From the IMG/VR virus record IMGVR_UViG_3300042453_003546: a stretch of 64,000 bases of DNA; one strand, written 5' to 3'. This document shows positions 18,989 to 28,989 of the stretch, piece after piece. The stretch is from an uncultured virus (IMG/VR IMGVR_UViG_3300042453_003546) (taxonomy: Duplodnaviria > Heunggongvirae > Uroviricota > Caudoviricetes). The position numbers and the translations under genes were made by a program. The notes beneath the pieces are model-generated. The model was not told the DNA's origin. It made no database searches and saw only the letters and a list, made by a program, of their open reading frames with translations. How positions within the stretch are numbered: position 1 is the stretch's first letter; the number at the start of each line of letters is the position of its first letter.

Positions 18989-19417
18989 CTACGATCCAGA
19001 AGAACCGAATCCCTCACTTCCCCTCTCACTGGAGTTTAACTCAAGCACTTCTTCAAGTTGAATGGTTGGGTATGGCATTATAACCATCTGACCAATACGA
19101 TCACCAAGATTGTACATTGCTGTGTTATTCACCCATTTGAATCGAAACTTGATCTCACCTCTGTAACCAGAATCAATAACACCCACACTATTACTTAACA
19201 TCATTCCTGTGGTGCTAATAGAACTTCTTGGATAAATCAGTCCTACATAACCTTGTGGAATTTCAACAGCTATTCCAGTACCATACTCCACATAACCATA
19301 AACTTCCTGATCTACAACCTGCATTGAAATAGCTGTCAAATCTAATCCGGCATCACCTATCTTTGCGTAACTTGGAGTAACTGCATTAGGGTTGAGTTTC
19401 TTGAACCTCACTATCAT
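18989..19417 (-). CDS. dut: dUTPase
   Basis: All five motifs present: AGLDL, PRSS, GVIDSGYRGE, RIGQ and RGSEGFGSSG. Confidence 0.95.
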   Translation of the reverse strand: MIVRFKKLNPNAVTPSYAKIGDAGLDLTAISMQVVDQEVYGYVEYGTGIAVEIPQGYVGLIYPRSSISTTGMMLSNSVGVIDSGYRGEIKFRFKWVNNTAMYNLGDRIGQMVIMPYPTIQLEEVLELNSSERGSEGFGSSGS

Positions 19418-19649
19418 TTTTTGTAGATGTTTTAGTTGTAACTTTTTGTTTTTGTTCTACTTGTGGAAGACTTCCAAAAATTTCAATCCACATGGATTCA
19501 TCAATAGCACCAGTCGCTGGTAAAGCTCTTTCCAGCTGCCAACCAATAATAGCTACTCTTGTAAGTTGGTCATACTCGCCAGTTACAGCGATACCAAACT
19601 TTTGTTGGAGTTGTTCAACCAAACTTCCTTTTGATTCATTTAATATCAT
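19386..19649 (-). CDS. Stand-alone peptidoglycan-binding domain protein
   Basis: SKGSLVEQLQ...TGEYD...WQ...LPATGAID. Confidence 0.65.
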   Translation of the reverse strand: MILNESKGSLVEQLQQKFGIAVTGEYDQLTRVAIIGWQLERALPATGAIDESMWIEIFGSLPQVEQKQKVTTKTSTKNDSEVQETQP

Positions 19650-19836
19650 TTTGTTCTGTTTTATTTTTGTAGGGACAGTGCTTGCAGTTATTATTACAAC
19701 AGTAGCCTCTACGTAAGTGATAAGATTCGGTCATTACCATTAGACCGTTTTCATTATAATAAAAGTCAGTAGGAAGGAGCTTGGGTTTAGTAAGCTCCTT
19801 CATATACTGATCATATATCCAATCCTTTTTGATCAT
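19636..19836 (-). CDS. Small Cys-rich protein (DUF5522-like)
   Basis: YHLRRGYCCNNNCKHCPY. Confidence 0.7.
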   Translation of the reverse strand: MIKKDWIYDQYMKELTKPKLLPTDFYYNENGLMVMTESYHLRRGYCCNNNCKHCPYKNKTEQNDIK

Positions 19837-19851
19837 TTTAATAAACTAAAT

Positions 19852-20586
19852 TTACCCCTTTTCAGGTGTGTTAGCAACTCTCTGAAAGAGATGACCTTTT
19901 TTTGTTTGCTTTCCGGTTTTGCAGCTATATAGGATTGGCGTGGGAGAATTATAACCCAATTCTCTAACTACCTCTCCTATGCTGCCAAAAATTTTTTCTA
20001 ACTCTAAACACTTAATAGATTGTGCTCGAGGATTGTTTCCCCCTAACTTTGCGGCACTTTGCTTTTGGTATCCTAAAAGTTCGTTTTCTGTATAGGAACC
20101 CGACTTTCTTCGAGCACTTAGTTTTTCCATAGACTTTGCATGGTTTTCCTTCCATTTTTGTTTTATATCTGGAAGCACGTCCGTAATATGTACACCTTTC
20201 TGGGATTTTGTTGATATACCTCGTGGATTTTCAGCATACGACTTTCTTCCAATATCTGAGCGTGTTTTTTGTGCAGTCTCATCGTGATAACGATATGCAT
20301 CACCTCCAGTACCACCTTCTGCTAAATTATACCCAATAGGGTATCTAGACAACTCTTGTATCAATTCCTTCTCCAATATATCTACCTCAGAGGAGGTTGT
20401 TTCCAGTACAACGCTAAACTGAAAAGACTCAAGTCCATGTTTTCGTATCGCATCATATAATGGATGTTGTTTACCGTTTTTCACGTTTCTCAGATGTTCA
20501 CTCCAACGACGATCTACCCTCTTAGCCTTGCCGATGTACATCTTATTATTCTTTAGATTAAATATCTTGTAAATGTAGTATTTCAT
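19852..20586 (-). CDS. Free-standing GIY-YIG homing endonuclease
   Basis: YIYKI...MYIGK...RWSEH...GYN; C-terminal NUMOD1-like DNA-binding region. Confidence 0.88.
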   Translation of the reverse strand: MKYYIYKIFNLKNNKMYIGKAKRVDRRWSEHLRNVKNGKQHPLYDAIRKHGLESFQFSVVLETTSSEVDILEKELIQELSRYPIGYNLAEGGTGGDAYRYHDETAQKTRSDIGRKSYAENPRGISTKSQKGVHITDVLPDIKQKWKENHAKSMEKLSARRKSGSYTENELLGYQKQSAAKLGGNNPRAQSIKCLELEKIFGSIGEVVRELGYNSPTPILYSCKTGKQTKKGHLFQRVANTPEKG

Positions 20587-20633
20587 AAGCACCTCCTTTT
20601 ATTATAAATAGGGGGTACTTACGAAATACTACA
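20574..20633 (-). promoter_or_regulatory. 23-bp hairpin sequestering the GGAGG and AUG of the GIY-YIG gene, with TATTTATA in the loop
   Basis: Arms 20574-20596 and 20611-20633; two G-U pairs and one mismatch. Confidence 0.8.
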
Positions 20634-20639
20634 AATTTT

Positions 20640-22499
20640 TTATCGAATTTCGCACGATCCGTTTGCACAAGCTAATTCTCCTTTTAGGTCTGTAGCATCA
20701 TCTGCTTCAAATACATATGACAAGTCTATATTATGTAGATGCTTTACCATCTCCTCATACGTCTCTTCAGTACAATCTTCAAACGGTGCCTGAATATAGC
20801 TACCTCCATCATAAGGAAGTACTGATAAACCATTGTAGTGATCTCTATTCTCCCACATCCATTCACCTGCCAAATCCCATTCTTCTGCTTTTAATGATAC
20901 TGTAGCAGACACATTATGAGTATTGCTTCCAGATCTATGTCCTGGTTTTACCCACTCCAGATGCACTTTTTTAATACGCTCCAGTAGTTGGAATGGTGAT
21001 TCAGTTCTTAGAATAGCTCCTTCTGGTGCCTTTTGTGGAATGCTAATCACTGCTGTATCATGAGGTCTGAAGTATTCATCTTCAATTAACTCTGGATGAT
21101 TATTAACTAAGTAATCATAAATAGCTTCGTTTTTACCTACTCTAATTCTTCTGATATAATAATCATTATGCCATGCATGTATTCCAGAAGATGTGCCAAG
21201 AGCTAAAGAAGTTGTACCAGCTGGTTTCACTGTTGTTGTACGAGCTGACTTATTAATTCCGATTAACTCAGCTACACGAATATTTTCTTCTTTTACTATT
21301 CTTGCAGCCTCTTTCATGTTATAACCCATTACAGTACCAGAACCAATACCAGTCATTGATACTCCAATTAACGCTTCCTTTTCTGTAGTACGTCTCCATA
21401 CATCACGCAAGTAATGGAAGTTTGTATAACCAGCTTGCAATGTTCCAATAAATGCAGCAGCCTTCACACGAGCATTCAAATCCTCTTGTGATTCAATATC
21501 AGATACATTCACCTCACATAAGTTACAGAACTGGAATGGTCTCAGTGCAATCTCACAACATGGATTGGTACCCCAATCTTTATCATTCGTTAAATAGATT
21601 CCTGGCTCACCAGCTCCTGATAACTCAACACGCTTCCAAAGATCCATGAAAAATTCTTTTGTAACCTTATGTCTTACCAATACGGCTGAGTTGTTTGCTC
21701 TACCTCTTTGTGGATTATTTTCCCACCAAGCTCCAGACTTGCAAGAAATCATCTCATCATCATCAGCACTAAATAAACTAATCAAAGCTGCTCTACGAAT
21801 ACCACCTGCCAATACTGCATCTGCAATATGACAAACCATATCATGCACTTCAATTGGTGATAGTTTGTCACCATCCTCCTTTGCATCTAGAATACCCTGT
21901 ACTTTAATCAAACACTCTTTTAAGGGCTGTGCTCCTGGCGCTTTACCACCTGAAGTAACTAAACGTGCTCCTTTAGGACGTATGTCACTAAAGTCAAAGT
22001 CAATACGTGATGTTCCAGTAAAGTAGCTTTTAATTAATGCCTTAACTGCATCTGCCCATCCTTCAATAGAGTCCGCAATTAAAAACCTCTTTGTGCGTTT
22101 TGCACTTGGTTTACGAATTTCTGGTAACTGGTCTACATGGTGTTTCTGTACTGAGTAACCAACACCTGTTCCTCCCAAAAGCAAAAACATAGCTTCACCA
22201 AATGCACGATAATCATCAATCGGCATGTAAGCACAGTTATAAATTCTGTTTGGACTAACTTCAATAGGTTTTCCAGCAAATTGCATGGAACGCATTGAAG
22301 GTAGTATTTTTTTACCATAAACCATTTTGTACACCTCCTCAATCTCTTCTGCCAATTGTGGATACTTTTTGAGGTGCATTTCTTTGTTTCTTGTAACTAA
22401 TTCCGTCCATGTCTCACGTCTCTGTAAGTCTGGTAAGTACTTAGCGTACTTCATAAAGACGGTGATTTCACTCAAGATCTCGTTGGATATTGTCATCAT
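20640..22499 (-). CDS. nrdJ: Class II (B12-dependent) ribonucleotide reductase
   Basis: RRETW, PSMR, YNCAY, GTNPCCEI, KPAGTTS and C-terminal ACANGSCE. Confidence 0.92.
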   Translation of the reverse strand: MMTISNEILSEITVFMKYAKYLPDLQRRETWTELVTRNKEMHLKKYPQLAEEIEEVYKMVYGKKILPSMRSMQFAGKPIEVSPNRIYNCAYMPIDDYRAFGEAMFLLLGGTGVGYSVQKHHVDQLPEIRKPSAKRTKRFLIADSIEGWADAVKALIKSYFTGTSRIDFDFSDIRPKGARLVTSGGKAPGAQPLKECLIKVQGILDAKEDGDKLSPIEVHDMVCHIADAVLAGGIRRAALISLFSADDDEMISCKSGAWWENNPQRGRANNSAVLVRHKVTKEFFMDLWKRVELSGAGEPGIYLTNDKDWGTNPCCEIALRPFQFCNLCEVNVSDIESQEDLNARVKAAAFIGTLQAGYTNFHYLRDVWRRTTEKEALIGVSMTGIGSGTVMGYNMKEAARIVKEENIRVAELIGINKSARTTTVKPAGTTSLALGTSSGIHAWHNDYYIRRIRVGKNEAIYDYLVNNHPELIEDEYFRPHDTAVISIPQKAPEGAILRTESPFQLLERIKKVHLEWVKPGHRSGSNTHNVSATVSLKAEEWDLAGEWMWENRDHYNGLSVLPYDGGSYIQAPFEDCTEETYEEMVKHLHNIDLSYVFEADDATDLKGELACANGSCEIR

Positions 22500-22564
22500 A
22501 AATTAAAAATTTTGTTTTTGGGATTGTTTGTTAAAAAGATAAATATCTAACATAACACGATTTT

Positions 22565-23935
22565 TTACTTAAATAAGGTGTTTAATTCATTAAATTTATT
22601 GGCTAACGCTTTTCTTACAACTTCATCTTCACTCTGCATCATGATTTTAGCTTCCTTACCAAGAACAGTATTCTCAGCATAAATGTCAATCTTTGCAGCT
22701 GCCATATTCATTTTGCTTGGAAAAGTTAGTCCATCTGGACCAAAGCGATTTTTAATAACGTGCCATCTTCCAGTACCACTCAACTTATCAGCTGTCTTTC
22801 TTGATAGTGATACTACAAAGTCTGCAACCATTACTTTAGCATACGATTCAGCAATCTTATCTGCTTCGATTACATCCTCTTCTAAAGCTGATCTATTTGC
22901 TTGTGATGCTGTGTAAAGTGGAACTCCGTAAGTACCCGCTAAGCCTCTTAACTCCTCATAAATGTTACCAAGCATGATGTCATTTCTGACAGCACCTTTT
23001 ATACCAGTATCTCTTAGCAAGTCAGCATAATCGACTAAAATGATATCTGGTTTCACGCCTTGCATTAGACATTTATCAAGGTGTGCTGCGATTGAATTGA
23101 CCGTTGCAGTCTTTGTTGGGTAGTATTTGATAATCAGTTTACCATTTACTCCCTTAATCGCTTGTAGTACTTCCTCCTGATGATACTTCAAATCCTGAGA
23201 AGGAATACCTGAGTAGTGAGAGTCAAAACGAGCACCTACGTAAGTTTCCGAAAGTTCAAGAGTATAGTACACTACGTTCAGTCCTTTCTTAGCTGCATAT
23301 GCTGCTATGTTGACTAATGCCATAGATTTTCCGATACCTGCAGGAGCAACAAATACACCCATCTCTCCGGAACCTAATCCTCCGTCCATTATCTCATTGA
23401 TAACATCCCAAGGAGTTTCTATGGTATTACGTTTGTTCTCCACAAATCGCAATGCAACATCATCAATATACTCATGACCTATGTTACGATCTGTTCCTGC
23501 TTTCATAGCCTCATCAACATTAGACTTGATCTCGTCATATTTTCCAGACTTGAGCAACTCAACAGATTTCAAGATAGCAGCTTTTAACTTTTGGTTTTTA
23601 CAAAAGTCTAGAGTTTTATCTTTAATATATTGAGCATCTTCTGAATCAGCATACTTTAAAACCTCTCTAATGTTTTCAACGATTGTTGTTTTCAATAGGT
23701 CTATATCAACTCTATCAGTTTCCACCTTTAATACTTCTAAAGTGGGTGGTGATTTGTATTGATCAAAGTATGTTAAAATAGTTTTTGCTAACCATTGTGC
23801 TGACTCTGACGAAAAGAACTTTGGATCTATAATATCATGTACTTGCTGTAGGAAAGGTCTATCTTTCATCAAAGAGCATAGAACCTTATTTTGAAAAGCT
23901 GATCCGTAAAATTGTAATGTATCTTGAACTTCCAT
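22565..23935 (-). CDS. Replicative DnaB-like helicase (T4 gp41-like)
   Basis: APAGIGKS, TLEL, VDYADL, TASQANR and KNRFG. Confidence 0.92.
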   Translation of the reverse strand: MEVQDTLQFYGSAFQNKVLCSLMKDRPFLQQVHDIIDPKFFSSESAQWLAKTILTYFDQYKSPPTLEVLKVETDRVDIDLLKTTIVENIREVLKYADSEDAQYIKDKTLDFCKNQKLKAAILKSVELLKSGKYDEIKSNVDEAMKAGTDRNIGHEYIDDVALRFVENKRNTIETPWDVINEIMDGGLGSGEMGVFVAPAGIGKSMALVNIAAYAAKKGLNVVYYTLELSETYVGARFDSHYSGIPSQDLKYHQEEVLQAIKGVNGKLIIKYYPTKTATVNSIAAHLDKCLMQGVKPDIILVDYADLLRDTGIKGAVRNDIMLGNIYEELRGLAGTYGVPLYTASQANRSALEEDVIEADKIAESYAKVMVADFVVSLSRKTADKLSGTGRWHVIKNRFGPDGLTFPSKMNMAAAKIDIYAENTVLGKEAKIMMQSEDEVVRKALANKFNELNTLFK

Positions 23936-23958
23936 AATGTAACCTTACTAACTTTTTT

Positions 23959-25002
23959 TTAATCTTCCAAGGTATGTTGATCTAATTTTGTAGTTATTTC
24001 TTTTAACCACATTTCGACATTCTTAATAGCAGTAGTCATGCGATCTTCAATGAGCATTGTATGGAATTTTATCTTAGCCAATTTACTAATTGGTTTTTCC
24101 ATCATCTCGATAATTTTCATTTTATTGCTCATGTTAATATTACTCACTCCCAACTGAATAATATCGTAGAATAATCGCACATCCTGTTCAGCCTCAATCA
24201 CCTTAGTAAAAATCTTAGCCTTGTTGTCTTGAGCGAGTTGATTAGCGTAATCAAAGAACTCATCAATTGACATAGGATCTGTTGATAGTTTAGGAAACTT
24301 ACTCATCACAGTAGTATGTCCTAGACCATTGACACCAGGAATGTTATCACTATCGTCTCCAATAAGGGATCGGAATAGTGCAAAGTTTTTAGGATGAATC
24401 CCAAACGCTTCTAACACATCCTGAGTGTAGAATAACTGTTTTTTAGTTGGACTCCAAACGTGAACTCTACCATCAACCAACTGCATAAAGTCTTTGTCGG
24501 ATGACATTATAAATACATGACTGTCCTTGGCTGCCAAGTAATCATTTGCTAAATAAGCAATAACATCATCTGCTTCAGCCTTATCAATCACAATTGTTGT
24601 TACTGGCATAATATCCAAATACTCTACAAGTCTCATCAGCTGTTGTAGTTGATTGTCCTCCTTATCAACTGTCTCCGATCTATTCAATCTTATCTTAACT
24701 TTGCGATTAGACTTGTAGTCAGGATAAAGCGATCTACGTCTTGCAGCTCCATCTTTACCATCAAACACTATCACTAGTCTAGTTGGATTGATAGCTTTTA
24801 TTGCATGCCCAACACTGAGTAAAAATCCTGAGATTCCTCCTACATGTTCTCCATCACCATTAGTAACGGGGCTTGCTGCATACGCTCTGATGAAGGTGTT
24901 GAGACCATCAACTATCAACACTCTTGAGTTTTTGCTGACAGTCTCAACTTCATTCTGACGTAACTTTAGTTCATTGATTAACGCTTGATATTTGTTCACC
25001 AT
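23959..25002 (-). CDS. 5'-3' exonuclease / T4 RNase H-like flap endonuclease
   Basis: IVDGLN, FDG, YK.NR, EADDVI, SSDKDF and GDDSDNIPGV. Confidence 0.92.
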   Translation of the reverse strand: MVNKYQALINELKLRQNEVETVSKNSRVLIVDGLNTFIRAYAASPVTNGDGEHVGGISGFLLSVGHAIKAINPTRLVIVFDGKDGAARRRSLYPDYKSNRKVKIRLNRSETVDKEDNQLQQLMRLVEYLDIMPVTTIVIDKAEADDVIAYLANDYLAAKDSHVFIMSSDKDFMQLVDGRVHVWSPTKKQLFYTQDVLEAFGIHPKNFALFRSLIGDDSDNIPGVNGLGHTTVMSKFPKLSTDPMSIDEFFDYANQLAQDNKAKIFTKVIEAEQDVRLFYDIIQLGVSNINMSNKMKIIEMMEKPISKLAKIKFHTMLIEDRMTTAIKNVEMWLKEITTKLDQHTLED

Positions 25003-25003
25003 A

Positions 25004-26152
25004 TTAGTCTAATAAATCACCATCATCAACAGATATGTCATCTGGATCAATCTGGTCTTGTTCACGATATTTCATTACAAAGATATCGCAGATACGTCTG
25101 TAACAATAGTCCTTTAAATACTCATCATTTGCTAACATGCCTTTCCAATCTTTGGACATGAAACGAATCTCTTCTCCAGTTTCCTCGTTCACTAAAGTGT
25201 AGTAAGCTCCTGATTGTTTGATTACTCCATAGTCTTTCATTAATGTTAACCAGCTATTGTAGTCATCAATTCCAGAGTTGAAATAGATATCAAATGTAGC
25301 TTTCTTGAAAGGAGGTCCCATACGATTCTTGATTACTTGAGCTTCTGTTTGTACTCCAATAATCTGTTCAGTCTTTCCTGATCCACTCTTTAACTTACCT
25401 ACACCCTTCAATCTAATTCTACAACTTGCATGAAAACCCAAAGCCTTACCACCTGATGTTGTGTATTTGTCACCAAACATAACTCCCATCTTTTCACGTA
25501 ACTGTGATGTACATACTAGTAATACTCTTTGCTTTGCAATGATGTTAGTAATCTTACGCATAGCCTTTGACATTACGATTGCTTTTGCAGTTGCCCAACC
25601 ATCTTTGTCATAGTCAGCATCTTGCTCAATCTTAGTTGTTGCAGCTGAAACAGAATCGAGAGCTATTGTTACAAGTCTGTTCTTTGAACTCTTACGTACG
25701 GTCTCAATAATGTTCTCAATTGCCTCAAATGCATCTTCAATAGTTTCAAGTGGGACATACAACATGTTAGCTACATCAACACCTACTGCTCTCAAAAACT
25801 CTTCGCTCAACGCATTCTCTGTATCAATGTACACAGCCAACCCACCTTTCTTTTGTGTATTCGCTAATGTATGAGCTACAATTAAACTTTTTCCAGATGC
25901 CTCCATTCCTTGCAGCTCTATGATACGACCTACTGGAAATCCACCATCAGGTCTGTTTGAGATTGCTAAGTCTAATAATGAAGACCCAGTTCCAACCCAT
26001 TCAGTTAAGTCTGTTGGAGTTTCTTGCTGACCATCTAGAAAATGAGCAGCTTTAAAGTCTTTGAACTTTTTGTTTAAGCTATCCGCTAGTAGGGAGGCTA
26101 GTTCGTCCCTTCCTGAAATCTCTTCAGGAGTTGCTTTAACCTGCTTTGCCAT
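25004..26152 (-). CDS. recA: RecA/UvsX recombinase
   Basis: GMEASGKS, YIDTE, DSV, SGGKALGFHAS and KNR. Confidence 0.92.
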   Translation of the reverse strand: MAKQVKATPEEISGRDELASLLADSLNKKFKDFKAAHFLDGQQETPTDLTEWVGTGSSLLDLAISNRPDGGFPVGRIIELQGMEASGKSLIVAHTLANTQKKGGLAVYIDTENALSEEFLRAVGVDVANMLYVPLETIEDAFEAIENIIETVRKSSKNRLVTIALDSVSAATTKIEQDADYDKDGWATAKAIVMSKAMRKITNIIAKQRVLLVCTSQLREKMGVMFGDKYTTSGGKALGFHASCRIRLKGVGKLKSGSGKTEQIIGVQTEAQVIKNRMGPPFKKATFDIYFNSGIDDYNSWLTLMKDYGVIKQSGAYYTLVNEETGEEIRFMSKDWKGMLANDEYLKDYCYRRICDIFVMKYREQDQIDPDDISVDDGDLLD

Positions 26153-26157
26153 AATTT

Positions 26158-26934
26158 TTAAGAATTAAAAAGTGAATCGAATGCTGAAGAGATGTCATCT
26201 GCTTTTGTTGCAGTTGTTGCTCCAGTTATTGGTGTTGTAGCTTTTGTACCATCAGTTGAGTCTGTTGATGGATCCAACCATTTTTGTAAAGCCTCAGTCA
26301 TCTCATCATAACTCATCTCAACAAAGAGCTCTTTAAGATTCTTTTGATTCTTAACAATCATTTCAGCAATCTCTTTATCAGTTGTAGCTGGTGATTGGTT
26401 TGGTTTAACACGTACTGTAAATGATGGGAATGCACCTTCTTTTTCAGCAGCAATATGCTCTACTGTAAGGTCACGTCCATTCATCAAATCAGTAATGTCT
26501 CCATAATCAGGATCTGCAATAACGCTTAAAAGCTCAGTGTAGATTTGTTTTCCAAAAGCCCAGAATTTGACTCCCTCATGTTCTGCACCTCTAACGATTA
26601 CTGGAGCATAAACTCTAAATTTTGGTTCAATCTTCTTACCTAACTTCCAATCATCTTTGTCTCCTGATTTTTTTAACTTTTCTGCAAACTCTACAATAGG
26701 ATCCGGTTTTCCAAAAGACATTGGAGAGACCATTGTACGCTTACCGATTTCATAATGAAAATAAAGTTCTTGGAAAGGATTGTTTTTGTCAAATGCGTAA
26801 GGGACAATACGAATTTGAGACTTTCCTACTGGTGGTTTCCAAATTGAGTCATTTGCTCTGTTTCCACCTCCGCCATTACTGGCTTGTTGCAATTGTTGCA
26901 ATCTTGATTTGATTGCATCTAGATTTACTGCCAT
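26158..26934 (-). CDS. Single-stranded DNA-binding protein (gp32-like)
   Basis: WKP...IRIVP...FHY, DYGDITD...GRD, acidic C-terminus ending FDSLF; replication context. Confidence 0.8.
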   Translation of the reverse strand: MAVNLDAIKSRLQQLQQASNGGGGNRANDSIWKPPVGKSQIRIVPYAFDKNNPFQELYFHYEIGKRTMVSPMSFGKPDPIVEFAEKLKKSGDKDDWKLGKKIEPKFRVYAPVIVRGAEHEGVKFWAFGKQIYTELLSVIADPDYGDITDLMNGRDLTVEHIAAEKEGAFPSFTVRVKPNQSPATTDKEIAEMIVKNQKNLKELFVEMSYDEMTEALQKWLDPSTDSTDGTKATTPITGATTATKADDISSAFDSLFNS

Positions 26935-26970
26935 AACAATACTGGTTTAAAAATTAATTAATAATAGACT

Positions 26971-27073
26971 TAAATATAGGGACTTTTTTTGATACTGACA
27001 ACTCTGTGCCTAAATTTTTCTTCCCTTACTAGTCTTGCTCTTTAAATATACTTAACCTATTTGTGAAATGCAA
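26971..27073 (-). promoter_or_regulatory. Tandem promoters TTG-N20-TATATTTA upstream of the SSB gene
   Basis: Sites at 26971-27001 and 27043-27073, both with exact 20-nt spacing. Confidence 0.65.
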
Positions 27074-27076
27074 ACT

Positions 27077-27454
27077 TTATTGCAATTCTTTTATTTGTAT
27101 CATTCTACAATTATAATCACCGTCAGCCAGTAATAATGTATCTACATACTTGGACCAATCAACTCTAAAGTTTTTATCTAAGATCCCATCATTGGATAAT
27201 CTAATTAGGCTGTTGAGTGCATTTATGCTATAGAATGTATTTGATTCTTTTTTTCTATTTATTGATATTGTATCCTTTAATCTTCTCTCATTTGTTGTTA
27301 CATTGTAGACGCATATAATATTTGTTGGTAATTCAACATAAAAATAACATTTCATGTTTGATACGTCATCTGCATTATATGCTTTATAGATTTGACCAAT
27401 GCTATTAGTTAATCTATCTAAGTATGTGAATGTGCATAGTAATTGTGGCTTCAT
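27077..27454 (-). CDS. Hypothetical protein
   Basis: QLLCTF...TISINRKKESNTFYSINALN. Confidence 0.7.
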   Translation of the reverse strand: MKPQLLCTFTYLDRLTNSIGQIYKAYNADDVSNMKCYFYVELPTNIICVYNVTTNERRLKDTISINRKKESNTFYSINALNSLIRLSNDGILDKNFRVDWSKYVDTLLLADGDYNCRMIQIKELQ

Positions 27455-27642
27455 TATTTCTCGTCTACTACTCCTGCCTGAATTTTTTTAAGCTCATCTT
27501 GTGCATGTTTCAATGCTATCTTTTTTGCCTCTACATCAGCCATTTTAGATTTTATGTTAGCGGCTTTTTCGGCTTGCGATAACTCTTTAATTACGGTAGA
27601 TACCTCTTCTCTTATAATTCTGATTAGATCGGATTTCTTCAT
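27454..27642 (-). CDS. Short leader-family protein
   Basis: MKKSDLIRIIREEVSTVIKE; TATTTATA at 27655-62. Confidence 0.55.
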   Translation of the reverse strand: MKKSDLIRIIREEVSTVIKELSQAEKAANIKSKMADVEAKKIALKHAQDELKKIQAGVVDEK

Positions 27643-27669
27643 CACAAGTTTTCTTATAAATAGTCTTTG

Positions 27670-28959
27670 TTAAACTAAACTAGCATAATTCACACCACTT
27701 TTTAGTTTGTATGGGAAGATGTTTGGGATATTTTCTTTCAATGTGTGTTTTAGTATTTCGTATTTATGTTGTGGTAAATCAAACAAAATACTATCGTACG
27801 TGTATAAAATTGGCAATATTTCTGGGTCTAATTGTCCAAACAACTTGCTTAGAATTAATACATTATGCTCTGTTTCATACATCTGAATAAAGTAATTGAA
27901 TAGCACGTACATATTGATATCTTGATAATTATGCAGCATCAACCTTCTTCTTGATATGGGACTCTCAATATAACCCACTGTCTCAGCTTGATTCCATAAA
28001 TACTTAGCCATATCGTTAGTCTTTGTAAAAAATGGAATGTGTAGATACTGCTGCTGGATTCCTCCATACAATTGTCTAAAAGTAGCCTCCTTTGCACTTT
28101 CAATCTGCTCCTTAGATGGATTAGCTGTATTATGATAGTAAGTTGCTAAGTGTTCGTATACATTATCGTCTCCAAAATCATATCCTATTAGTTGGGCTAT
28201 GAGTCTTGGATGATATGAGTTGAAATCCATCTCCACTAGTAATCCATCTGAGTATCTAGATATAAACGCTTCTCTTGTGTCATCGTTTTTATTCAATGCT
28301 GCAAAGTTAATCCCTCCAAATCTATTACTTGGACGTCCAGTAGTTGTATAGTAATTATACTGAGTGTAACATTTATCGTTTTGTAGACTTAAAGTTTTAC
28401 CAAATCTTTGATTGAATCTATCAACATCAACCTTAATTCCATTTCGCTCTATGGTGTGAAACACAGATAATAGTTCGTGTTGGTAAAAGAGTAATCCATT
28501 TTGAGTATTCTTCACCCAACATTGATCAATCATATCCAATACAAATTGTTCGTGCTTGTATAAGGGAATGAGCTCGTTAATACGATAGCATTGGTTGAAT
28601 TGTCTTGTGTAGTGTGATATGATGGATGGTGTGTCTTGAGAATAGCCAGCATTAGAGTATAAATAATACTGCATATCAATATCAATAAACTTCGAGACGT
28701 CTAAACCATTATATCTAAATACTGCTATATTGTAGCAATATACTTGACTATTTGCTAGAAACGATAGGTCATTGGTATGAAACACACCCTCAGGATGACC
28801 ATTACTTATAGTAATACAACTTCTAGAACCAAGATCCACAACAACAAAACCTATAATTGAATTTTGAATATTATGTAACCTCGAATCCTTAACAATAGGA
28901 TATAAAAATACTGAGCTGTAATTGAAATCCTTAAGTTGTTGTATGCTATCTATAATCAT
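27670..28959 (-). CDS. Second, truncated and divergent family A polymerase
   Basis: TTTGRPSN, motif A DFNSYHPR, motif B KEATFRQLYGG, motif C YTYDS. Confidence 0.8.
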   Translation of the reverse strand: MIIDSIQQLKDFNYSSVFLYPIVKDSRLHNIQNSIIGFVVVDLGSRSCITISNGHPEGVFHTNDLSFLANSQVYCYNIAVFRYNGLDVSKFIDIDMQYYLYSNAGYSQDTPSIISHYTRQFNQCYRINELIPLYKHEQFVLDMIDQCWVKNTQNGLLFYQHELLSVFHTIERNGIKVDVDRFNQRFGKTLSLQNDKCYTQYNYYTTTGRPSNRFGGINFAALNKNDDTREAFISRYSDGLLVEMDFNSYHPRLIAQLIGYDFGDDNVYEHLATYYHNTANPSKEQIESAKEATFRQLYGGIQQQYLHIPFFTKTNDMAKYLWNQAETVGYIESPISRRRLMLHNYQDINMYVLFNYFIQMYETEHNVLILSKLFGQLDPEILPILYTYDSILFDLPQHKYEILKHTLKENIPNIFPYKLKSGVNYASLV

Positions 28960-28989
28960 GTGATAAACATACTAACTTAATACCAGAAA

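Noticed and set aside
7867..26152. Introns or inteins in polA, nrdJ, helicase or recA
   Set aside because: All are uninterrupted and of normal length. Both endonucleases are free-standing.
26935..27076. tRNA or ncRNA in the longer intergenic gaps
   Set aside because: No cloverleaf or T-loop signature is visible. The gap is explained by two tandem promoters.
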